Virus record (IMG/VR): IMGVR_UViG_3300046522_000750 | Origin: a virus | Taxonomy: Duplodnaviria > Heunggongvirae > Uroviricota > Caudoviricetes | Direction: 5' to 3' (one strand) | DNA: 64,000 bases | Shown here: positions 27,074-36,605 of the stretch, one piece after another | Numbering within the stretch: position 1 is the stretch's first letter | Layout of the letters: every line of letters starts with the position of its first letter | Translations under genes and position numbers: made by a program | Notes under the pieces: model-generated | What the model saw: the letters and a program-made list of their open reading frames with translations, nothing else | Told to the model about the DNA's origin: nothing | Databases searched by the model: none

Positions 27074-27382
27074 ATGGATAATTCCATGTTTTCGCCAAAA
27101 CCCATCGTTGCCGTTCGCGCCGTGTACGAGGCCGAGATTCAGTGGTATTGGGCTGATAGCCATGTGCATGACCAGGACTACCATAACAAGGTCAATGATG
27201 CGGTGGACGCTGAGATCAAGCGCGTCTGCGATCCGTCACCAACGCTGTACCAGGACACACGCTATTGCTGCCAGTGGGAAGGCATCAAGCTGATCGGTGA
27301 AAGCCTGGAGCAAGTCCGCCAAGCTGGCGAGCAGGTGGCCAAGGTCTTGGGCCGCTACAAATTCCTTCTCCACTTTGAATGA
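27074..27382 (+). CDS. Hypothetical protein
   Basis: Starts immediately after the upstream stop. Confidence 0.6.
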   Translation: MDNSMFSPKPIVAVRAVYEAEIQWYWADSHVHDQDYHNKVNDAVDAEIKRVCDPSPTLYQDTRYCCQWEGIKLIGESLEQVRQAGEQVAKVLGRYKFLLHFE

Positions 27383-27478
27383 TTGCTGGGCAATGTGTAT
27401 TTAACCGCACATTGCCATTGCTATCGGTTCTGTTAAACAGTACACTACGAGCATACCCGAATTGCGAAGGATGTTGCA

Positions 27479-28024
27479 GTGTCCAGTGAATTGACCCCGC
27501 TCAACCCCTGTCCGGCAGCGACCAAGCGCGTCACCGACGCTTTTGAGATCCCGACTTGCTGCCGGTACTGCCAGGGCAAGGTCAGCGTTGTACATCACCG
27601 CGACATCTACTTCGGCCAAGTCTTCAACGACTGGCCCTGGGCCTACAAGTGCGACTCTTGCACCGCCCGTATCGGCATGCACCCAAAGACCAACCTGCCC
27701 CTTGGCAACCTCGCAGATGACAAGCTGCGCAAGGTGCGCAATGTCTGCAAGCCCGCGTTCGAGCAAATCTGGAAATCCGGCCTGATGGATCGCAATGGCG
27801 CCTATCGCTGGCTGTCCAAAGAGCTTGGCAAGCCGATAGAACTTTGCCACTTCGGCCTGTTCGAAGTTGATGACTGCCTTAAGGCCAAGGCCGCGAGCGA
27901 GAAGCTCATGGCCAACAAGCCCAGCGCCATGGGCATGGCCTTCAGCAAGGCAAGGAAAAAGGCCCAACTGCCCGAGTACATCCCGATGCCAGCCAGCGGC
28001 CCACAGATGGATTTGCTACTGTGA
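27479..28024 (+). CDS. DUF3268-like zinc-finger protein
   Basis: CRYC...CDSC.ARIGMH...PLGNLAD..LR..R...AYRWLS..LG...CHFGLF. Confidence 0.75.
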   Translation: MSSELTPLNPCPAATKRVTDAFEIPTCCRYCQGKVSVVHHRDIYFGQVFNDWPWAYKCDSCTARIGMHPKTNLPLGNLADDKLRKVRNVCKPAFEQIWKSGLMDRNGAYRWLSKELGKPIELCHFGLFEVDDCLKAKAASEKLMANKPSAMGMAFSKARKKAQLPEYIPMPASGPQMDLLL

Positions 28025-28069
28025 TGTCTGCACCCCAATCCTTTGTCCTGCCCTCACGGAGCGAGATCA

Positions 28070-28522
28070 ATGAATGAGCAGCAGCAACTCGCCATCTTCG
28101 CCGTTAAGGCGGCTGCCGAGGCCTGCCGGTCTGACCCGGCGATCTATGAGAAAGGCGCTTACCAAGTGGGCATCAGCGTCATTGCCGAAGCTGAAAAATA
28201 CCTGATTGACGCTATCGAAGGCCGAATCATTGGCGAGACGACAAGCCGCACCTACAAAAATTTCGACATGGCTGCGGCCAAGCTTGTGCTGCTGTCCGTG
28301 GAATTTGGCGAGATCTTTGATCGACTGATGGTCAACATCTGCCTTGGCCAGCCGTTTGCCAGCTACACTGGTTTTGTGGCGACCTCTTGCTTCTTCCGCT
28401 CCCTGTCCGACGATCATGACTATGTGCTTGTCGAGAATGGCGAGCATCCGGTGATTGTGATCGAGGATGGCTATCTTCTAGGCCCGGCGTCACTGCATTC
28501 ATTCCTGAGCCGGTTGATCTAG
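28070..28522 (+). CDS. Hypothetical protein
   Basis: RBS GGAG. Confidence 0.65.
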   Translation: MNEQQQLAIFAVKAAAEACRSDPAIYEKGAYQVGISVIAEAEKYLIDAIEGRIIGETTSRTYKNFDMAAAKLVLLSVEFGEIFDRLMVNICLGQPFASYTGFVATSCFFRSLSDDHDYVLVENGEHPVIVIEDGYLLGPASLHSFLSRLI

Positions 28523-28534
28523 CCTTCAGGATTA

Positions 28535-28598
28535 TTTGCACTCAAATGCAAAATAGTCTTTGACTACCTGTCAATTTATGGGTATTCTTTGCACATAC
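28535..28598 (+). promoter_or_regulatory. Promoter module: TTTGCA-N6-TGCAAA box, TTGACT-17-TATTCT, GTAT-N9-ATAC box
   Basis: TTTGCActcaaaTGCAAA at 28535-28552; GTATtctttgcacATAC at 28582-28598. Confidence 0.8.
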
Positions 28599-28673
28599 CG
28601 GTTCGGCACGATGGGTTTGGTACTCACAAACCCGAAGTGACTGACCTTAACACCGTGTACAAGGTTGATGATC

Positions 28674-28856
28674 ATGAGCAAAGACACTGCTGACACCGGA
28701 CTGCCGGAAGGCTTCTTCTCCAATCCGGAGATTATCCTGGTTTCCGATGAGGCGTTCGACAAGATCACTGAGATCATCGAAAGCAACGATGGCCCAAACC
28801 CTAAGCTGGTCGCGCTGATGCAGCGTCCTAAGCGCTGGGTTGATACAAAGGCCTAA
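28674..28856 (+). CDS. DUF1778/TacA-like antitoxin C-terminal fragment (no RHH domain)
   Basis: ILVSDEAFDKITEIIE...PNPKLVALM. Confidence 0.55.
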   Translation: MSKDTADTGLPEGFFSNPEIILVSDEAFDKITEIIESNDGPNPKLVALMQRPKRWVDTKA

Positions 28857-28885
28857 GATAGGCCTATAGAATTTGAGGTGATGTG

Positions 28886-29131
28886 ATGGAATACCTGAAA
28901 ATGCTGCTTTGCTTCGTAGCCATGGCCTTGATGGTCAGCTATGTGGAAAGCATGGAGATCGTCAACACTGAATGGGCGTTGGTCATTGCATTCGTCCTGT
29001 GCATGGCTCCCGCCGTTGCGAAAAGCGACCGGGTTCAGATGTTGCGTCTCAGCTTTGCCCCGGTGGGCAACCAGACGCATGAGGGGAACGTGGTAACGGC
29101 TTTGAACCACTCTGGTCAGTCAAGGGTGTGA
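28886..29131 (+). CDS. Small membrane protein
   Basis: Two TM helices; RBS GAGG. Confidence 0.55.
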   Translation: MEYLKMLLCFVAMALMVSYVESMEIVNTEWALVIAFVLCMAPAVAKSDRVQMLRLSFAPVGNQTHEGNVVTALNHSGQSRV

Positions 29132-29302
29132 GTGAGTTAAGACGCTGAGGCAAAACGCTTGTCCAGGAACTTGCTCCACTCGCACTGCGCGAATGGCCTG
29201 ATCTGACCAAAGCCGAGCCCGCCCCAACCGCATCTGCCGACAACACGAACCCTCTGGCCGGCAACGCCAGGGGGTTTTTCAGAAATTGACAGGGAGCATG
29301 CC

Positions 29303-29521
29303 ATGTCCTGCGAATTCTGCCTTGATGCCGATGGCATCCCGTGCTTTCCAGCCTTCGGCATCCACCCGCAGGCGCGTCCTGGCACCTTGAAATCCACCTT
29401 CTGGTGTCCGCACTGCTTGAGTGCGGAGCCTGAGCTGGCCCCTAGCCTGCGTTGCACGAATTTCAGCCTGGCTCTGCCAGAAGTGGTCGACCTCCCCCCT
29501 CATTCCCAGGCTTACGCATGA
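29303..29521 (+). CDS. Small Cys-rich protein
   Basis: CEFC...CPHC; RBS GGGAG. Confidence 0.55.
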   Translation: MSCEFCLDADGIPCFPAFGIHPQARPGTLKSTFWCPHCLSAEPELAPSLRCTNFSLALPEVVDLPPHSQAYA

Positions 29522-29982
29522 ATTACCAATCCCACGCACTGGACTTGGCCAGTAGTCAGGTGCCCGGTGCGCCGCTGCTGACTGACCTGCCTCGGCCCTT
29601 CGGCTATTACTGGATTCAGGTTGATCAGGAAGGCCCGTGGATCGCGGCATTCTGGTACACGGGAGCTGCTGGATCCGCTGGTTTCTTTGATTGCAGCAAC
29701 ACCACAGGCCTGCGCCATGTATCCACGGTGCATGCAGTCGGTGGGCCGGTGGCTTTGCCGAACCCAGCGGCGGTCATGCCTGAGTCGTACGCCGAGGGTT
29801 ATCATTGGGTACAAGGTGAGCTTTTCGGTGACTGGGTGCTTGCCCTGTGGCGCAATGAGGCCTTCAACTATCGCGGCAAGGCTGGCTATGGCTATTTTGA
29901 TGGCTCGAACTGGTGGAACCATAACTATCACATCATTCCTGCGCCGCATGCCTATGGCGGCAAGGTCAATTTTCCCGCGTAA
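29518..29982 (+). CDS. Hypothetical protein with two internal repeats
   Basis: GYYWIQ..W...W...GFFD.SN and GYHWVQ..W...W...GYFD.SN; ATGA overlap. Confidence 0.65.
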   Translation: MNYQSHALDLASSQVPGAPLLTDLPRPFGYYWIQVDQEGPWIAAFWYTGAAGSAGFFDCSNTTGLRHVSTVHAVGGPVALPNPAAVMPESYAEGYHWVQGELFGDWVLALWRNEAFNYRGKAGYGYFDGSNWWNHNYHIIPAPHAYGGKVNFPA

Positions 29983-30029
29983 TTTGCGGTAAATTGACAA
30001 AATGCGCTACAAATCACCACCTTGCGATT

Positions 30030-30046
30030 GTATACTGCCAGCATAC
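30030..30046. promoter_or_regulatory. GTAT-N9-ATAC operator box
   Basis: GTATactgccagcATAC. Confidence 0.75.
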
Positions 30047-30063
30047 TTAAACAGGGTTTTTTC

Positions 30064-30699
30064 ATGTTTTTTGACGAAGGTTGTTGCGGATATCTCGAAA
30101 TCCCTGATCCGGTACAGACCGCGCCTGTGGTGAAGAGGATTCGCACCCACTACGACAACCTGAAGGTGTCCAGGACGGCCACGTTCGTTGAGATTCGTGC
30201 TTCTTATCGGCGCCTTCGCAGCTTGTACCACCCAGATCGAAACAGTACTGCAAAGGCTAAAACCGCGATCATTTGCATAAATGATGCCTATGAGATCTTG
30301 TCGGATGCCACCGAGCGCGCCAAGTATGATGCCTTTATTGTCGCGGAAGAGCGCAAGCTTAATCCTCCGCGTCCCCAACAACAGCACTCAGCCAACGCAA
30401 ACCCTGCGAAAGCCAAGCACACCCAGTACGCTCATGATCCGGCTAACTGGAACCCGGAACATGCCGCTGATTTCAGGAAATTCGTGCAAGAGAAGCGCGT
30501 GGAATTCGGCGAAGTTTTCGGTGAACTGTCGACGGATTGGCTCTACATGTGTTTTCTTGAAGATCTTAGGATGAAAACTCATTCTGAGCGCCTTGAGGAA
30601 AAGGCCAGAAAGGCTAAGATCCTGGTAATTTGCTGCTTTGTATCCTTGATTCTGGGCATGATCTACATGGGCTTTCTCATCGCACAGAGCGGAAAATGA
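30064..30699 (+). CDS. J-domain (DnaJ-like) protein with C-terminal TM
   Basis: THYDNLKV...YRRL...YHPDRN...INDAYEILSD...RAKYD; start uncertain. Confidence 0.85.
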   Translation: MFFDEGCCGYLEIPDPVQTAPVVKRIRTHYDNLKVSRTATFVEIRASYRRLRSLYHPDRNSTAKAKTAIICINDAYEILSDATERAKYDAFIVAEERKLNPPRPQQQHSANANPAKAKHTQYAHDPANWNPEHAADFRKFVQEKRVEFGEVFGELSTDWLYMCFLEDLRMKTHSERLEEKARKAKILVICCFVSLILGMIYMGFLIAQSGK

Positions 30700-30835
30700 C
30701 GCGACTTCGCCCAGTAAAGCTTTCATTCATGCAGAAGGTGGCCCTGCTGCCTTCTGAGGCTCTATACATCGTTTGCATGCTACCCGTGGTCGGGTTGCTG
30801 GCCGGCGTTGTTTACACGCTGTCGAGGCACTGAGC

Positions 30836-31048
30836 ATGAAACCACATCCCCATCTGAAATTGGTGATCAGCAAGCCGGCTGACTGGCAGCCTGGTCATCT
30901 GCCATGTCAGGAAAATAAGTTGATTTCCGACGTGTCCCAGGTTGCAGCACCGGCCCATTTCATCATGAGGCTTTCCTTGCTTGAGCTTATGTTTTTGACT
31001 GGACTGATGATTTTCGCCGTGAAGGTTGTCATCGAGTTCATGCACTAG
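30836..31048 (+). CDS. Small membrane protein
   Basis: RBS GAGG; C-terminal TM. Confidence 0.55.
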   Translation: MKPHPHLKLVISKPADWQPGHLPCQENKLISDVSQVAAPAHFIMRLSLLELMFLTGLMIFAVKVVIEFMH

Positions 31049-31133
31049 GCTGCGTGCCTTAGGATCGAAATTGTAAGCCAACCGCAATTTGCGGTTCGTT
31101 GCACATTGAGCTTGAAATGCCCCTTATTAACGA

Positions 31134-31150
31134 GTATTCTAATCGCATAC
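31134..31150. promoter_or_regulatory. GTAT-N9-ATAC operator box
   Basis: GTATtctaatcgcATAC; TTGAAA-17-TATTCT. Confidence 0.75.
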
Positions 31151-31168
31151 CGAATAAGGGGCTTCGTC

Positions 31169-31414
31169 ATGCAGATCGCCAATCCTAACCTTCCAGGCTC
31201 GCTCTGCCACCAGAAATTCAGCTCCTATGTGGCCTGGTACAAAGACAAGTCCAGTGAGTACCTGGTCGAGCGGCATGCGAACCTGATTGAAGAGTCCAAG
31301 GATTACCTGCGTCTCTCTGGTCAGTCGATGGCCAACTCGCAGTTCGAAGCCGAGTGCGTCAGCCATATTCACGAAGCCCTGTTTGGCACACCCCTGCAAG
31401 GAGAGTCTGCATGA
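31169..31414 (+). CDS. Hypothetical protein
   Basis: After a GTAT-N9-ATAC promoter; RBS AAGGGG. Confidence 0.65.
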   Translation: MQIANPNLPGSLCHQKFSSYVAWYKDKSSEYLVERHANLIEESKDYLRLSGQSMANSQFEAECVSHIHEALFGTPLQGESA

Positions 31415-31644
31415 GCAATGAACATGACGCTGAAGGTTGGACGGAGCTTACCCACGCCGGAGAGCGCTGGTCGTTTGACGCAGATCAGCTAGCGATCTGG
31501 GATGAGGAAGAAGAGTACTACGAGTTCTATCTCTACCATGAGCTGACCAATCCCACCGTCGACACCGTTAAGCAGTTCATCGACGAGACCAATGCTCGGG
31601 TTGCCTTGGCGACCAGCCAGCGTGAAGGCAAGGTCGACAACTGA
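31411..31644 (+). CDS. Small highly acidic protein
   Basis: RBS AAGGAG; IWDEEEEYYEFYLY. Confidence 0.65.
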   Translation: MSNEHDAEGWTELTHAGERWSFDADQLAIWDEEEEYYEFYLYHELTNPTVDTVKQFIDETNARVALATSQREGKVDN

Positions 31645-31714
31645 TCGATTTTGCTAAAACAACCCCCTTGATTGGGGGTTTTGCAGTAATAAAACAGACA
31701 CGGAGAGCCCGGCC

Positions 31715-32353
31715 ATGAGCCAAAAAGTGACCTTTAAGCCTGACGGTGCCGAAACCCAGTGGCCCGGCGACAACGTTAAAAACAAAGACTGGAAGATCAT
31801 GGTCGGAGACAAGGAGGTCGGCACCATGGAAAGCCAAATCCGTGACCTGAACATGTCCTTTACCACTCCAGGCTATTCGGTCACCGTCTTGGTGAAAATC
31901 CATGGTGTGGAGAAGCCGTATCGCGAGTATTCCGGCACGTTCTCGAATCGTAATTTGCGCGAGGCTCGCGAGAACCGCACCACTTACGTACGGCGCTCTA
32001 AGGAATGGGCTCTCAAGCGCTTGGCAGAGCTGGATAAGGCGGCGCAATTAGAAGCGAGCGCCAAGGCCGCTGACAAACCGTCAACGACTGATCTGGCGCT
32101 ACGGCGACCTGTCAGCCAGGCACCTGTTTCGCAGATCGTGCCGATCACCGAGATCGACGTGTACCGCGCAACGTTGGAAGCCTGCGTTAAAGCAGAAGCC
32201 AGTGATCAGATCAAACTCGCCGGGGTGTTGCGTGCCTGGGTGGATGCCTCGCCCTTTCACGGCTGCCCGAAATGCGATGGCCGGGGCCCTTGGCGCAATG
32301 AACCGCCCTGCACTACCTGCAACGGTGATGGGTTCCTGCCAGACAACCACTGA
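31715..32353 (+). CDS. Hypothetical protein with C-terminal DnaJ-type Zn finger
   Basis: CPKCDGRG...CTTCNGDG. Confidence 0.7.
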   Translation: MSQKVTFKPDGAETQWPGDNVKNKDWKIMVGDKEVGTMESQIRDLNMSFTTPGYSVTVLVKIHGVEKPYREYSGTFSNRNLREARENRTTYVRRSKEWALKRLAELDKAAQLEASAKAADKPSTTDLALRRPVSQAPVSQIVPITEIDVYRATLEACVKAEASDQIKLAGVLRAWVDASPFHGCPKCDGRGPWRNEPPCTTCNGDGFLPDNH

Positions 32354-32368
32354 TCAACCCTACACAAC

Positions 32369-32394
32369 AAAACGCCCGCAATTGCGGGCGTTTT
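32369..32394. terminator. Bidirectional terminator
   Basis: AAAACGCCCGC-AATT-GCGGGCGTTTT between convergent genes. Confidence 0.8.
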
Positions 32395-32406
32395 CGTTTT
32401 AGCTCG

Positions 32407-32724
32407 TCACCCCGAATGGCGCATTTTCCTGGCCAGCTCCTGGCCCTCATCTGTGAGTTCCATGGTCGGAGAAAACTCAAAGGGCTCCGTGTCCCCTTTA
32501 TTCAAGAAGATCGGGTCTTCTATGGTTTGGAAGCAAAGCCCCTTCTTTTCCAGCTTGCGGAAGATCGTCATTCCAGGCACTGGGTTTCCAAAGACGTCAC
32601 GACTGGTCTTCGGCTCGATGTTGTAGACGAACGGAGCCGGGCTGGTCTTGATCCACAAAATGGCATTGAGCTCAGCTTCGCTCAGGTCTTCTGGCTGGAT
32701 GGCCCTCTGTCCTACAGTGGTCAT
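32407..32724 (-). CDS. Hypothetical protein (winged-helix-like)
   Basis: RBS AAGGA; FRKLEKKGL...LTDEG. Confidence 0.6.
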   Translation of the reverse strand: MTTVGQRAIQPEDLSEAELNAILWIKTSPAPFVYNIEPKTSRDVFGNPVPGMTIFRKLEKKGLCFQTIEDPIFLNKGDTEPFEFSPTMELTDEGQELARKMRHSG

Positions 32725-32786
32725 GTTCTGTTCCTTGAGTTGCGCAATGCAGCCCTCCGCTGGAGGAAAGAGCCGATTGGCCTGTT

Positions 32787-33425
32787 CTATTGCCTCCAGC
32801 CGGATCGTACATCCTCCCGACCATCCTGGCATGTGTGATCGGCCAGCAGACCTTCCCATTGGGCCCAGCAGGTCTTGCAGTGCCACTTCTTGTCAGTTAC
32901 GCCCGTAGGCACCGCCATGGCAGCTTTGAGGTTGACATGCACCGCAGCGAAGACAGCATTGTGAGCAATCACCCACTCGTACATGTCGTCATCTTTGGGC
33001 TTATCCCCAAGGTCATAACGGGCTTGCATACGAACGTACTCAGCGCGCTTCATTTCAACCCACTTCAAGAAGGAATCCAGGTCAATGACCCCGGCATGCT
33101 TGATGAAGACATCCATCGGTGCAGCGCCCATCATCTGAGACACTGTGAACATGCCTGCGGCCTTCATCCGCTCATCCAGAGTCTCGCTGTCCGGTTTAGC
33201 ATTCAGGCGCTCTACCACTGAATCCCCTACGTCGGTGAATTCATAGCGCCTGAAACCCTTGGAGCGAATCAGGCCCAGCGTCGCAAGCGACTTCATCCGC
33301 TCAGCCGGCACATCATAGCCCTGGTCATCCTCGGTGGTTTCGTGAAAGCGCAGAAGGTCTCTGGATTGTTGCTCGCTCAGTGAAATCGAAACTTCGACGG
33401 TCTGGTTACCCATGATTTTCTTCAC
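32787..33425 (-). CDS. Hypothetical protein (phage-like, multidomain)
   Basis: 212-aa ORF coupled to the upstream gene. Confidence 0.65.
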   Translation of the reverse strand: MKKIMGNQTVEVSISLSEQQSRDLLRFHETTEDDQGYDVPAERMKSLATLGLIRSKGFRRYEFTDVGDSVVERLNAKPDSETLDERMKAAGMFTVSQMMGAAPMDVFIKHAGVIDLDSFLKWVEMKRAEYVRMQARYDLGDKPKDDDMYEWVIAHNAVFAAVHVNLKAAMAVPTGVTDKKWHCKTCWAQWEGLLADHTCQDGREDVRSGWRQ

Positions 33426-33704
33426 CTAGGCCGACTTGCGAGCCTTCTTGAGTTCGATTTTGGCGTACACGACCGGCATCCCTTCACCCTGGGCGGCGAT
33501 CACCGTCGAGCGCACCGATGTGCCCTTGGCCTGGCTGAACACCGGCTCTTCACGCATAAAGCCAAGCGCAATGTCTTTGACCACAAAGCCGCGCCGCTCG
33601 GACATGACCAGTTCTTCAAAGCCCTCAGTTTCGGTGCCTGGCATCCAGACGTACTGAGTGTCACTGCCAAACGTCCAAGTGTGCATCATATGAGTCTTTT
33701 TCAT
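33426..33704 (-). CDS. Hypothetical protein
   Basis: RBS AAGGGG. Confidence 0.65.
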   Translation of the reverse strand: MKKTHMMHTWTFGSDTQYVWMPGTETEGFEELVMSERRGFVVKDIALGFMREEPVFSQAKGTSVRSTVIAAQGEGMPVVYAKIELKKARKSA

Positions 33705-33716
33705 GTCTGTTTCCCC

Positions 33717-34151
33717 TTAATCCCTGCAAGGTTTCAGAATTTCATCGTCTGGGTCGACGCCGTTGGCAATCGCCATTTCACGGTAGTTGTCGAACAGGTC
33801 ATGGCCACCGTCAGAAACCTTGTCCGGCTCATAGGTGCCTTGGCTCAAGCGCAACCGGATTTTCAGGTTGTGATCGGCGCCGCGCAGCAGGAAGCCGGCA
33901 CAGCAGGACGGCTTGCCGGTGCCTGATTCATGACAGGCAAAGGTTTCCATCGCCATGTCATAGGTCGTGTGCGCAGAGATCCGGAACGCCTCAGGCGGAA
34001 ACTCCCCTACCGCATCACGACGCCAAGGGCAGCTTTTGCAGGGCTTCTTGCGGTATAAGCCCTGACCACCCACCACGGTGACCACCTGATGATTTTCATC
34101 AGCAGGGGTTTCTTTGGTGATGACTGCTTTGGTTGGTTTCTTGGTCGTCAT
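33717..34151 (-). CDS. DUF6283-like Cys/His-rich protein
   Basis: PCKSCPWR...FACH...CAG. Confidence 0.7.
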   Translation of the reverse strand: MTTKKPTKAVITKETPADENHQVVTVVGGQGLYRKKPCKSCPWRRDAVGEFPPEAFRISAHTTYDMAMETFACHESGTGKPSCCAGFLLRGADHNLKIRLRLSQGTYEPDKVSDGGHDLFDNYREMAIANGVDPDDEILKPCRD

Positions 34152-34209
34152 GATCAGTTTTCTTCCGGGCTGCGTTTGCGCTTTACGGCAAACTCTGCTT
34201 GTTTAATGA

Positions 34210-34226
34210 GTATATTCTAGCTATAC
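34210..34226. promoter_or_regulatory. GTAT-N9-ATAC operator box (between divergent genes)
   Basis: GAGTATattctagctATACTC. Confidence 0.75.
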
Positions 34227-34265
34227 TCTGAGACATTGGCAACCACTGATCATAAAGGATTTAAC

Positions 34266-34613
34266 ATGATTACCAGCAAAAAATCTGTAGCCAAAGGCGA
34301 TACCCTTTACGTGCTTCATAATTATTCATCCAACAAAGGCCCATTTCCCTATGTAGTGGAATCCGTGGGCACTAAATGGATCAATTTTGAAGGCAGTCGC
34401 CGCGTTTCAAAAGACGACCTACGCGGCGATCACCTGCACGCCTATTTGTCTCTTGCTGACTACGAGAATGATTTGCGACTTGAGCGACTCAAGCGCCGAA
34501 TCATCAGCAAGCTGCAAGAATACAAATCATCCACCTCGGTCACTCCGGATCAGCTGGATGCCATTGGAGAAATACTCGGTATCAATGGCGACCTGCCCGC
34601 CGAGAAGCAATAA
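34266..34613 (+). CDS. Hypothetical protein
   Basis: RBS AAAGGA; V.SVG.KWI motif. Confidence 0.65.
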   Translation: MITSKKSVAKGDTLYVLHNYSSNKGPFPYVVESVGTKWINFEGSRRVSKDDLRGDHLHAYLSLADYENDLRLERLKRRIISKLQEYKSSTSVTPDQLDAIGEILGINGDLPAEKQ

Positions 34614-34650
34614 TCATTACTCTGCATTGCAATAGACCAAGGAGTCCTCA

Positions 34651-34911
34651 ATGGCACAGACGACTTCCGGTAATCATCGACGCGGCCCACTGTGGCCGGT
34701 CGGCACCACGTTCACCAATCGCCAAGACTTGACCGACGTGGATGCCGAGGAACGTCCTCGCGTCACGCCGGCTGGCAGTCTCTGGAGAGTGGTGGAGCGT
34801 GATCAGAAGAAACGCGTATGGCATCTGGTCTGCGATCAGACTGGCGCCTGGATCGTGGTTAGCAAAAGTCGCTTACAGGATGAGCTCGATCCGTGTCCGC
34901 ATGAGTCTTAA
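34651..34911 (+). CDS. Hypothetical protein
   Basis: RBS AAGGAG. Confidence 0.65.
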   Translation: MAQTTSGNHRRGPLWPVGTTFTNRQDLTDVDAEERPRVTPAGSLWRVVERDQKKRVWHLVCDQTGAWIVVSKSRLQDELDPCPHES

Positions 34912-34950
34912 TAATTAAGCATATATTGCTTGATCAATTTGCGGTTAATA

Positions 34951-34967
34951 GTATACTGATTGCATAC
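34951..34967. promoter_or_regulatory. GTAT-N9-ATAC operator box
   Basis: GTATactgattgcATAC. Confidence 0.75.
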
Positions 34968-34971
34968 TCCA

Positions 34972-35319
34972 ATGATTTACAGGATTCACGGCATGTCGAA
35001 GCCAGACGTTTGCGAAACCCCAAGAAAGGCCATCATCCGCACCATGGCCGAAGCTCGCAAGCTTGGTTATTTCGCAAAGTTTGGTTTCCGGGTGGACAAG
35101 AGTCAGGCAAGAGACGAACTCGAGGCGTGTGGCATTACCCAGTTCGTCTTTGCGGAAAAATACTATGCCGACTACTTTGGCAAAGATGAACTCATCAGGT
35201 TCTTTTGGGCCGGTGATGGACAAACGTTGGTCGACTTATTCCGCGCCCATGGCCTGAGGGCTGACTGGGAAGGTGAAACAAAGCACTGCATTTATGTGCA
35301 CGCCAATTTCCCTGCTTAA
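34972..35319 (+). CDS. Hypothetical protein, tandem paralogue A
   Basis: RKA.IR.MA.ARKLGYFAK...WAGDGQ.LVDL.RA.GL...WEGE shared with the next gene. Confidence 0.75.
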   Translation: MIYRIHGMSKPDVCETPRKAIIRTMAEARKLGYFAKFGFRVDKSQARDELEACGITQFVFAEKYYADYFGKDELIRFFWAGDGQTLVDLFRAHGLRADWEGETKHCIYVHANFPA

Positions 35320-35325
35320 TACCAC

Positions 35326-35676
35326 TTGACCTCTGTAAGGATTACCAGCATGGCAAACCCAGTTTTCAGCGAAGCGCAACGAAAAGCCGTCATTCGCGCA
35401 ATGGCCCAAGCGCGCAAGCTGGGGTATTTCGCCAAACTTGACTTCAAATATGATGCCAACATCGCCAGAGATGAGATCGAGGATCAGGGGTTCGCCCAGT
35501 TCATTTATTCGCTTAAGCCCCGCGAAAAAAGCATTGTCGACCGGGATTTTGTCATCTTCTACTGGGCAGGCGACGGCCAGAAGCTGGTCGACTTGCTCCG
35601 CGCCCAGGGTCTGAAGGTTGAGTGGGAAGGTGAGGAACGACATTCCATCCAGGTTTACACCCAGTCCCCTGCGTAA
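35326..35676 (+). CDS. Hypothetical protein, tandem paralogue B
   Basis: Clear similarity to 34972..35319; start may be ATG at 35350. Confidence 0.75.
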   Translation: MTSVRITSMANPVFSEAQRKAVIRAMAQARKLGYFAKLDFKYDANIARDEIEDQGFAQFIYSLKPREKSIVDRDFVIFYWAGDGQKLVDLLRAQGLKVEWEGEERHSIQVYTQSPA

Positions 35677-35728
35677 CCACAAAAACACGAACCACTGTCT
35701 GCTTTAGCCATCCTGGAGGGATGCCATC

Positions 35729-36235
35729 ATGTCCGACGACCTTAACCCTGCTGCCGGCCTGACCCCGCTTGAAAAGGCGCGTATTGCTCGTCAAAAGAAG
35801 GTCGATGATGGCACGCCTATCACCCGGATGAACCCGGTCGAGAAGGCTAAAGCCAATCCGAACAGCAAGGCCATGGCAATCCGTGCCATGTGCTACCAGT
35901 GCGTTGGTGGCGAGCGTGCGGTAGACACCATCCGCAATTGCTCCAGTCAGGCATGTGCGCTGTACCCGCACCGCCCGTATCAAGTGGGCAGCACCGATGA
36001 AGACGATGTGCTGGAAGCCTCAACCGATGCTGTTGTGGTCGAAATCGTCAACGTTACTGCGCTTGAAGCTGCGGTTGACGCGCCTGTGGTTGAAACGAAC
36101 CCGGATGCTGATCCAGAATTCGATCCATGGCGCCTGGAATCGGCCATTGATCTGGAACACGAATTCCTGGAGCAAGAGCGCCTTCAGGATGCGATGGCCC
36201 TGGAGCAGCTTTACAACGACGATGAGGCAGCTTGA
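35729..36235 (+). CDS. Zn-binding hypothetical protein with acidic tail
   Basis: AIRAMCYQCVGG...C....C.LYPHRP; RBS GGAGG. Confidence 0.7.
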   Translation: MSDDLNPAAGLTPLEKARIARQKKVDDGTPITRMNPVEKAKANPNSKAMAIRAMCYQCVGGERAVDTIRNCSSQACALYPHRPYQVGSTDEDDVLEASTDAVVVEIVNVTALEAAVDAPVVETNPDADPEFDPWRLESAIDLEHEFLEQERLQDAMALEQLYNDDEAA

Positions 36236-36549
36236 TGAACGAGTCTGAGGATCTCCAGCCGATAGCGGAGGAAACGGCCCCCATATCGGATAAGACTTGG
36301 CAGGTTGTTGTGATCGGTGCAGGCCCCATTGGGTTAGCGCAGGGTCGCTCCCTCGCCTCTCGCCTGATTGCCAATTACGGCAATCGCATCGAGATCGTTG
36401 AGCCAAAGGAATGTGGTCTATCGACCGACTCGTTGTCCATGTTGCCTACGCCTGCGCCCAAGGACATTTACACTGCGCAGATGGCTGGAGCCCACCATGG
36501 CAAAGGCCAGCGTAAGGCTCGCTGGAACCGCAAGAACCGTTGGCGTTAA
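36235..36549 (+). CDS. Hypothetical protein
   Basis: TGATG overlap. Confidence 0.6.
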   Translation: MNESEDLQPIAEETAPISDKTWQVVVIGAGPIGLAQGRSLASRLIANYGNRIEIVEPKECGLSTDSLSMLPTPAPKDIYTAQMAGAHHGKGQRKARWNRKNRWR

Positions 36550-36605
36550 GTCGGCATAGCAAAGCCGCTATAATGCGCTTAGCCAACCTGTTAAGGACGA
36601 ACATC

